The notes beneath the pieces are model-generated. The model was not told the origin of the DNA, did no database searches, and was given only the letters and a program-made list of their open reading frames with translations. Positions 57,469-64,000 of a stretch of DNA of 64,000 nucleotides are shown piece after piece (position 1 is the first letter of the stretch; the number at the start of each line of letters is the position of its first letter). The DNA lies in the NCBI GenBank assembly GCA_963692865.2, contig OY843592.1, positions 1,312,001 through 1,376,000 of the forward strand, read 5' to 3'. Origin of the DNA: a bacterium. Lineage in GTDB: Bacteria; UBA8248. The position numbers and the translations under genes are program-made.

Positions 57469-58710
57469 TCACTCGATCACGACGTGCTCGCGGAGTGGCT
57501 CTCCCAGGTGCGCCATCCCCGTCTCGGTGACGAGCACGGTATATTCCGCGTGCACGCCGCCCTCCCCGAACTTGCCCGACGGCAACTCCACCGAGAGCAC
57601 CGCGCCCGGGGGCAGGGAAATGTCTGAATTTGAAGGCAAAAACGGATCGTCGAGCTTCACGGGCTCGCTCAGCGTATAGGGCAACTCGCGCGCCTCGATG
57701 CCTATCGTGTGCCCGCAGAAGGCGCCGTTGTAGCGCGGCAGGCCCGATTTCTTCGCCGCCGCCACCGCCGCGCGAAAAATCTCGGAGGGCTTCACCCCCG
57801 CCCTTATCACGCCGAAGGCGGCCTCGAGCCCCGCCCGGATGGCGCTCCACTGCGCCTTGCGCTCCGCGTTCGGCTCGCCGAACGAGCCGCAACAGCCAAC
57901 GTCCGCGCAGTAGTGGTCCAGCCGCATCCCGGCGTCAAAGAAAAAGCCGTCGCCCGGCTCGAATTTTCGCTCTGATGGCGGGAAAATCGACGCCGAACGC
58001 CGCCCGCCCGCCAGATGGAACCAGCTCCATTTGCCGCCTCCGGCGGCCACGGTGCGGTAGTAGTGGCTCGCCACCTCGCGCTCGGTTCGTCCCACGGCCA
58101 TCTCCCGGTGGAACGCGGCGACGGCCTCTTCGTTCAAGAGCGCCGCGGCGCGCATTCGCTCAATCTCTTCATCGGTTTTTTGAAGGCGAATCAGTCGAAA
58201 CAGGTTTGATCCGTTCAGAAAAGACAAGCCCGGCAGAGCCTCCTCCAGAGCGCCGCGCGTGCCCGGGCGGATTCCCTCGCTGTCGAGCGCGACTTTTCCG
58301 CTCGACAGGCCCCGCTCTCTCAAAATTCTGAGCAGGGCATCCGCAGAATTCGCCTCGCGCGGGGCGTCTTCGGCGATGAGAGATATGTAATTTCTCTCCT
58401 CTTCGGTCGCTCCCGTCTCGCCGGGCGCCATATCGAGCGCCGAGCGTGGGCCATAACCCCTCACGTCCTTGATCCACGAACCGGTCGCCGCGTAGTAGGT
58501 TTCATCCTGCCGGGAGATTATCAGCCCGGGCGGGGAGGACTGATCGCGGAAGAACAGCGCGAATGTCTCCGTCGTGGCGTCGCCGTAGGTGTATTGCGCC
58601 CATCCCTGAACACCCGAAAGATACAGGACGTTGTGACGTGTCGTCGCTATTAGCGCGTCGAGGTCGAACCTCTCCATGAACTCGAGCGCGCGTTCTTTAT
58701 TGAAAAGCAT
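57469..58710 (-). CDS. M24 (Xaa-Pro peptidase/creatinase-like) metallohydrolase
   Basis: Creatinase-like N-domain, K..EEI, D..D (FDAG..YCAD), GHTIG, VELP, HAE. Confidence 0.9.
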   Translation of the reverse strand: MLFNKERALEFMERFDLDALIATTRHNVLYLSGVQGWAQYTYGDATTETFALFFRDQSSPPGLIISRQDETYYAATGSWIKDVRGYGPRSALDMAPGETGATEEERNYISLIAEDAPREANSADALLRILRERGLSSGKVALDSEGIRPGTRGALEEALPGLSFLNGSNLFRLIRLQKTDEEIERMRAAALLNEEAVAAFHREMAVGRTEREVASHYYRTVAAGGGKWSWFHLAGGRRSASIFPPSERKFEPGDGFFFDAGMRLDHYCADVGCCGSFGEPNAERKAQWSAIRAGLEAAFGVIRAGVKPSEIFRAAVAAAKKSGLPRYNGAFCGHTIGIEARELPYTLSEPVKLDDPFLPSNSDISLPPGAVLSVELPSGKFGEGGVHAEYTVLVTETGMAHLGEPLREHVVIE

Positions 58711-58735
58711 GGACATCCTCAAAATTAAACAAGAA

Positions 58736-61700
58736 TTATGTTTGGGTAACAGGTTTTCTGTAATCCTTGATTTGCCGGATGAGCGGAATCCCGCCGCAAA
58801 TCAGTCCCGCCGCAAGCATGACAAGGCTGAAGAAAATCACGAACAGGATGAACGCGATGAAGCAGGCGAACAAGAGTATCCGCTCGTATTTATAGAGCCT
58901 GTCGAAAAGCCAGCCTTGCGTTCCCGCCGAGAACGCGATGAATCCCAGAAGCGTAATGGATGCGGAAAGAGCAACGCGCAACGGATGCGCGAACGTAAGC
59001 AGGGCCGGGTCGAACATGAACAGAAAAGGAACGATAAAGCCCACGATGGCGAAGCGAAGAGACATCATGGACGTTTTGAAATAGGGGGCCCCCGCCAGTT
59101 TGGCCCCCACGAGCGAGGCAATCGCCACGGGAGGCGTAATGGCGGAGAGTATCGCGAAATAGAAGATGAACATATGGGCCGCTACCCGGTCTCCTTTTGC
59201 GGCCACGAACTCCTTGACCCATTCGGCTCCATAGATATGCGTGAGTTCCGGCCCCACGAGTTTCACCAGCACCGGCCCACCCAGAATGGCGAGCAGAACA
59301 TACGCCGCCGTCGTCGGCATGCCCATTCCCAAAATCGCGCAACAAACCGCCGTCAGCAGCAATGCGACGAAGAATCCATCGAGACCGATATAATACGCGC
59401 ATCCCCCGCCCGCAGCGGCGCCGAACAGGCAGATATCCTGGGCAAGCGCCTCGATCATGTAGGCGAACTTGTTGCCTACGCCCGTAATGGACAGAACCTG
59501 AACGACGACCTCGATGGTAGCCAGCGTTACGGCGAATTCGGCTCCCTGCCTGCCCCCTACCCGCAAGGCGTTGCGTATACTGAAAATCCAGTCGGAGGCG
59601 CTTTGCGCAGCCTGCACGGCCGGGCCCGTCTCATTCGTCTGCTTCGCCCTTTGCAGATAGGTAAACGGATTGCAGGATACGGCCAACACCTGTTTCAGAC
59701 TGGGAGTCGGAGCTTCGGCCTCGGATTCTTGCGAGCCGAATGAGAATATGACTCTCTGGACGATGACGGCCAACCCGAAAAAGATGAGGCCGTCATAAAT
59801 AAACCCGAAAGGCACGAACCATTCACCGAAATTCGCTATGGCGGGAGCAAGCGCATATATCCCTTTTTGCACATAATAAGCGCCCACCCAGATAATCACG
59901 AACAACCAAGGTATGGTCGTGGTGGGTTGCGCTCCTTTGCCCCTGGAAACGGACCATACGCACAACATGGCCAGCACGAGGGCGGCTCCCGCCACGCCGG
60001 AAGACCAGCCGAACGCCACCCACAAACCCAATAATGTGATCGGGAAGATGGCGAGCCAGTTGCTTTCCGTCTCGCGCCAGAATTCACCCACCCAGGAGAA
60101 CACGCGAGCGAAAACACTCGCCACAACAAATCCGACGACACCCATGGACAGAGCGGCTCTTATCACCCGGCCCCAAGTCGGTTCTCCATATATCCCCAAC
60201 GGCAATCCGAAACCCAACTCGAAAACCGTGAGAAGCGCGTACAAGAAAAATGCGAATACCCAAAACGTAACAGGCACAAAAACGAATACATCATCCGCGA
60301 TTGTCTTATCGCCTTTCCTCAAAGTGCCCAAAAATTCCGTCACGTTCCTGTAAAACCAAATGCCTACCATGATGAATACCGACATGACGCCTGCGAATAC
60401 GGGCGTTCTGCCTTGAAAGAGGAAGTAGACCAAGAACGCCAGGGGCACGAGATAGAACCATCCGTTTCTGAGTTCCGCCCTCCAACTCGGAATTTCGTTA
60501 GCTGGCAACGGCTGGATGTTTAGCGCACCGGCCGCAAAGTGGATGTTGATTCCCACGATGGTGAAATACAAAACGGCCGGTATGGTGGCATATCCTATAA
60601 TCTGGAAATACGGCACCTCGATGAGTTCGCTCATGATGAAAGCGCCCGCACCCATGACAGGCGGCATGATCTGCCCGCCACTGCTAGCGGCCGCTTCTGC
60701 CGCTCCAGCAATGTGCGGGCTCAGCCCGATTCGTTTCATAAGGGGAATCGTGAAAGTACCAGTGGTGACTACGTTCCCAGATGCGCTGCCAGAGACCGTC
60801 CCCATGAGCGCGCTCGAACCAACGGCGGCGAGACCGGCGCCCGCACGCATTTTGCCAAACAGGCCTAATGCAAAATTCACGAAAAATCGCCCGGCGCCCG
60901 ATTCATGTAGAAACGCCCCTAAAATCAAAAACATGATGATGAAGGTAGCCGAGATGACAACCAAAAATCCCAATACGCCACCGATGAAATCGGTCGAGAG
61001 TTTCGCCTGCAGTTCAATCCAGGTATGGCCGCCATGCCCAAAAGGAGGAGCAAACAAATTGCCCCATATTCCGTAGGCCAAGGAAATCATCGCCAATGTC
61101 GGAAGCGGGGGGCCGAAACAGCGTCTTGTTAATTCGAGGGCAACGACGATCATGACGAAACCGACGCGCGCATCGCCGATTGTTGGTGCGCCCGGGCGAT
61201 CGACCATTTCTTCATGGTAGTAGAACAGGTACAGGCAGGCGGTCGCCACAAAGAAAAGCATGCCTGCGTTCAAGCCAATCGTGAACCCGGCCGGAAAAGG
61301 ATGCGCGGGGTATTCTTCAAATACTTCTTTGATCCGTCTTTTCGCCCAAAAAAGAGGGAACGCGAGTACGACTGCCGGCCAGAGATAGAAAGCGCTTCTC
61401 ACCTCATCGCTTTGCCCGGCCCATAATCCTACCCGCCATCCGATTAGAACAAGCGCCACGAAAAATACAACAAGAAAAACTCCCGCTTTTTTCACCCCCT
61501 CGGAAGGCCTGAAGAAAACCGCGAACAAGGTCCACATCGTGGGAATGGCGGAACATGCAATCAAAAACCACCAGAATGTGGGCTCATGCGTGCTTTCCGG
61601 CAAAGAATCCCAATACCAGAACAGTATGGGCGCAGGAACCAAGCCCAAAAACCAGAGAAAAAGCGCAAGCCAGGATTTCTCGACAACCATCATCGCCATC

Positions 61701-62062
61701 CAGATGGCAAACGGCAGCGCATAAACCCACCAAACACTCCAATCAGACCAGCCTTCGCCCATCTCATAGACGAAATAAAAGAATATGACAGCGGGAATTA
61801 AAGACAACAGGTACAGAACGGGAAGAAAATTCAATTTGCGAATTTTATCCCCATATACCTGAGGCATTGCACCGGCGCCGCCGATGAGGAGGATGGTATA
61901 GGCCAAGAGCATGTGCATGTTGGGGTGCATCTCACCCGGCAGAGGCCGGAGATAGACCGCGGAAATGTGATACAAACCCGAGAGCACGCACAGCCAGGAA
62001 GTGATGAAAACCAGAGCCCTTACGAGAGGAGCCGACTGGGTGGGGTCTGATTCAGTACTCAT
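58736..62062 (-). CDS. TRAP fused permease (TAXI-type 4TM/12TM), unusually long
   Basis: SGSASGNVVTTG.FTIP, ASSGGQIMPPVMGA, LGMGMPTTAAY, AHMFIFYF, ITPPVA. Confidence 0.92.
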   Translation of the reverse strand: MSTESDPTQSAPLVRALVFITSWLCVLSGLYHISAVYLRPLPGEMHPNMHMLLAYTILLIGGAGAMPQVYGDKIRKLNFLPVLYLLSLIPAVIFFYFVYEMGEGWSDWSVWWVYALPFAIWMAMMVVEKSWLALFLWFLGLVPAPILFWYWDSLPESTHEPTFWWFLIACSAIPTMWTLFAVFFRPSEGVKKAGVFLVVFFVALVLIGWRVGLWAGQSDEVRSAFYLWPAVVLAFPLFWAKRRIKEVFEEYPAHPFPAGFTIGLNAGMLFFVATACLYLFYYHEEMVDRPGAPTIGDARVGFVMIVVALELTRRCFGPPLPTLAMISLAYGIWGNLFAPPFGHGGHTWIELQAKLSTDFIGGVLGFLVVISATFIIMFLILGAFLHESGAGRFFVNFALGLFGKMRAGAGLAAVGSSALMGTVSGSASGNVVTTGTFTIPLMKRIGLSPHIAGAAEAAASSGGQIMPPVMGAGAFIMSELIEVPYFQIIGYATIPAVLYFTIVGINIHFAAGALNIQPLPANEIPSWRAELRNGWFYLVPLAFLVYFLFQGRTPVFAGVMSVFIMVGIWFYRNVTEFLGTLRKGDKTIADDVFVFVPVTFWVFAFFLYALLTVFELGFGLPLGIYGEPTWGRVIRAALSMGVVGFVVASVFARVFSWVGEFWRETESNWLAIFPITLLGLWVAFGWSSGVAGAALVLAMLCVWSVSRGKGAQPTTTIPWLFVIIWVGAYYVQKGIYALAPAIANFGEWFVPFGFIYDGLIFFGLAVIVQRVIFSFGSQESEAEAPTPSLKQVLAVSCNPFTYLQRAKQTNETGPAVQAAQSASDWIFSIRNALRVGGRQGAEFAVTLATIEVVVQVLSITGVGNKFAYMIEALAQDICLFGAAAGGGCAYYIGLDGFFVALLLTAVCCAILGMGMPTTAAYVLLAILGGPVLVKLVGPELTHIYGAEWVKEFVAAKGDRVAAHMFIFYFAILSAITPPVAIASLVGAKLAGAPYFKTSMMSLRFAIVGFIVPFLFMFDPALLTFAHPLRVALSASITLLGFIAFSAGTQGWLFDRLYKYERILLFACFIAFILFVIFFSLVMLAAGLICGGIPLIRQIKDYRKPVTQT

Positions 62063-62194
62063 TTGTCTCCTTCTTTCTCCACCTTGGTGGATTCATCATG
62101 ATGAAACAAAATAATATCAGGAACTATTCTATTCTAACGGATAGCCTGATTCTTTCGCCAGCGACTCAGGAATTTACTCTTTCCATATCTCTAC

Positions 62195-62222
62195 TTGACC
62201 AAACCACATGGTTTTGCTTAAG
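62195..62222 (+). promoter_or_regulatory. -35 box with overlapping palindromic operator candidate
   Basis: TTGACC (62195-62200) immediately followed by AAACCA-CA-TGGTTT (62201-62214) in a divergent intergenic region. Confidence 0.5.
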
Positions 62223-62286
62223 TGAACTCACAATCTTCACACATGGCTTTTTCATGAGCTTCGACATTACAACAAAGGAGATGCAA

Positions 62287-63258
62287 ATGAGGATATCCAA
62301 ACTTCGGCTCATCACGTTGGCGGCAGGTCTTGCCTTGCTAATCGGCACGGCCCCGGCGGCGCACGCTGCCAAAATACTGCTGGGAACGTCCCAGCCCGGC
62401 GGCGCCACATTCGAGATTGGAACCGCAATGGGTAAAGTCATCACAGATAACTCGGGCGGAAAGATTGCGGTGGCTGCATCCATTACCGGCGGCTCGACCG
62501 CAAATGTCCGAACCCTGCAGAAAAAGGACAAGAACCAGGCGCTCCGCATCGGCATGGCCACGGCGCCGGCCGTCTCCTGGGGGCAAGTTGGCAGAAAACC
62601 ATTCAAGAAACCTCAAGACGTTCTGGCGCTCGGAGCCCTTTATCCGTTGACGACAATCTACACGACCTTTAAAACCTCCGGAATTAAAAAATGGTCCGAT
62701 CTCACCGGCAGAAGATTCGTCGTCGGCGGTCGGGGCGGTTCGATTTACATCGTTACGCAGCTTGCGCTCAAACACAGCGGAGTAAAAGCGAAAAAAGAAT
62801 TCTTCAACAATCCCCAGAATGCAGCCGCCATCAGAGACGAAAGGGTGGACGCGGGCTTCTTCTTCCTGAACGCGAATGTTCCCGCACCCGTGTATATGGA
62901 ACTCGCGCGTACGCTCTCCGGCAAACTGCATTTCTTCGGGCCGGATGAGGCCACCATCAAAAAGCTGGCCGAGAACGAAGCGGGCATCGTCCGCGATGTC
63001 GTGGCCGCAGGCTCCATTCCAGGTTACAAAAAAGACGTCGTAAGCTGGGGCCAGATGTGGACTTTGATGACCAACAGCAAAATGAGCAATGCCAATGCAT
63101 ATGGGATCGTGAAGGCCCTGTACGATAACCACAAGCAAATCACCAAGTACCATCCGACCGGGAAATTCGTCACGAAAAAGACTGGTCTTCGCGGAATGAA
63201 GAAACTTAAGATTCACCCCGGTGCGGCTCGCTACTGGAAAGAGTCGGGCATGATGTAA
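62287..63258 (+). CDS. TAXI-family TRAP solute-binding protein
   Basis: Signal peptide AHA, GT...GG, TGGS.AN, IHPGA.RYWKE. Confidence 0.92.
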   Translation: MRISKLRLITLAAGLALLIGTAPAAHAAKILLGTSQPGGATFEIGTAMGKVITDNSGGKIAVAASITGGSTANVRTLQKKDKNQALRIGMATAPAVSWGQVGRKPFKKPQDVLALGALYPLTTIYTTFKTSGIKKWSDLTGRRFVVGGRGGSIYIVTQLALKHSGVKAKKEFFNNPQNAAAIRDERVDAGFFFLNANVPAPVYMELARTLSGKLHFFGPDEATIKKLAENEAGIVRDVVAAGSIPGYKKDVVSWGQMWTLMTNSKMSNANAYGIVKALYDNHKQITKYHPTGKFVTKKTGLRGMKKLKIHPGAARYWKESGMM

Positions 63259-63274
63259 GCAACAACAAGTCCTC

Positions 63275-63305
63275 AAAAGCCCCCTGCTTCGGCGGGGGGT
63301 TTTTT
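63275..63305 (+). terminator. Rho-independent terminator
   Basis: CCCCCTGC-TTCG-GCGGGGGG followed by TTTTTT. Confidence 0.88.
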
Positions 63306-63393
63306 GTTGTCTCATCGTGCTCACCACGGAAAATGGATGTTATGATGGCTGAATCTTACATACTGACAGACAATTCATTCCGGGGAGAAGAAA

Positions 63394-64000
63394 ATGAACA
63401 AATCCGGTTTTGAAATCTTTCGTCTCGTAAAGCCTGATGAGGCCGATAGCGAAGTTTCGCAAATTTATGACGAAATATGCCGATTAAAAGACCCACGCTG
63501 GCTGGGGCCGTTGTTCGGTTTTTTCGCCCATGTCCCGGGTCTCTTGCGTGGATTCTGGGAACTCCAAAAACGTCTCGAAGTTCTGGACGGCCACATTTCA
63601 CGCGAGTTGACGAATCGCATCGCCATGGTTTGCGCGGTCGCTTCAGACTGCCCTCGTTGCGTGAATTTTCACAAAACCGACCTCATCCACCGCATGGAAC
63701 TCGACGAGTATGAAGTGGAAAAACTCCACGACTTTGAGAATGCAGATCTACCTGAGGCGGAAAAGGCGGTATTCCGCGTCGCCAGAAAGCTCACGCTCAA
63801 CGAGCAACTTGCTGACGAAGAGTTCCAGGCGTTGCGCGAGCATGGTTTTAACGAACCGGCAATCGTGGAGATCGTTTCGGTTGCCTTACTGGAAAGTGGT
63901 TTCGCTCGTCATGCGAGCGTCTTCGCGCGATTTGAAGACGGGATGAACTGGCCGGCACAACATACCCCATCCGCCGAATACCGAAGCGTGATCGACCGGT
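63394..64000 (+). CDS. AhpD/carboxymuconolactone decarboxylase-like protein (3'-truncated; absent from the ORF track)
   Basis: Open frame MNKSGFEIFRLVKPDEA...IAMVCAVASDCPRCVNFH... with CxxC-xx-xH motif; GGAG RBS. Confidence 0.75.
   Translation, partial: MNKSGFEIFRLVKPDEADSEVSQIYDEICRLKDPRWLGPLFGFFAHVPGLLRGFWELQKRLEVLDGHISRELTNRIAMVCAVASDCPRCVNFHKTDLIHRMELDEYEVEKLHDFENADLPEAEKAVFRVARKLTLNEQLADEEFQALREHGFNEPAIVEIVSVALLESGFARHASVFARFEDGMNWPAQHTPSAEYRSVIDR

Overview
GC-rich bacterial chromosomal window with about 55 real CDS and one one-piece tmRNA. I found no rRNA, tRNA, CRISPR array, integrase or transposase. A housekeeping core (yebC-ruvC-ruvA-ruvB, kdsD-like, polA, rnr, smpB, ssrA, ppk1-ppx) is embedded among catabolic modules: a B12 acyl-CoA mutase / CoA-transferase / crotonase / desulfinase-like cluster, three acyl-CoA dehydrogenase-fold genes, TTT and TAXI-TRAP transporters, ArsM, an ERG4/ERG24-type reductase and four tandem paralogue pairs (bicupins, LCM methyltransferases, MBL-fold proteins, QueG/RdhA-like Fe-S proteins). 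The most striking non-coding signal is a layered repeat system filling almost every large intergenic gap. It consists of non-autonomous elements with ~16-bp ends (GGGGYTGTTGAAAAAG...CTTTTTCAACARCCCC), two of them with exact 5-bp target duplications and one inserted into the loop of another hairpin repeat. They carry interchangeable palindromic cargo modules (GTAG-REP doublets, CCTGAGTAG..CGTATCGAAGG, GTCATTCC..GGAATC, CCCCCT..AGGGGG). All functional calls come from motif recognition by eye; no database search was run, and residue numbers of reference enzymes are from memory.
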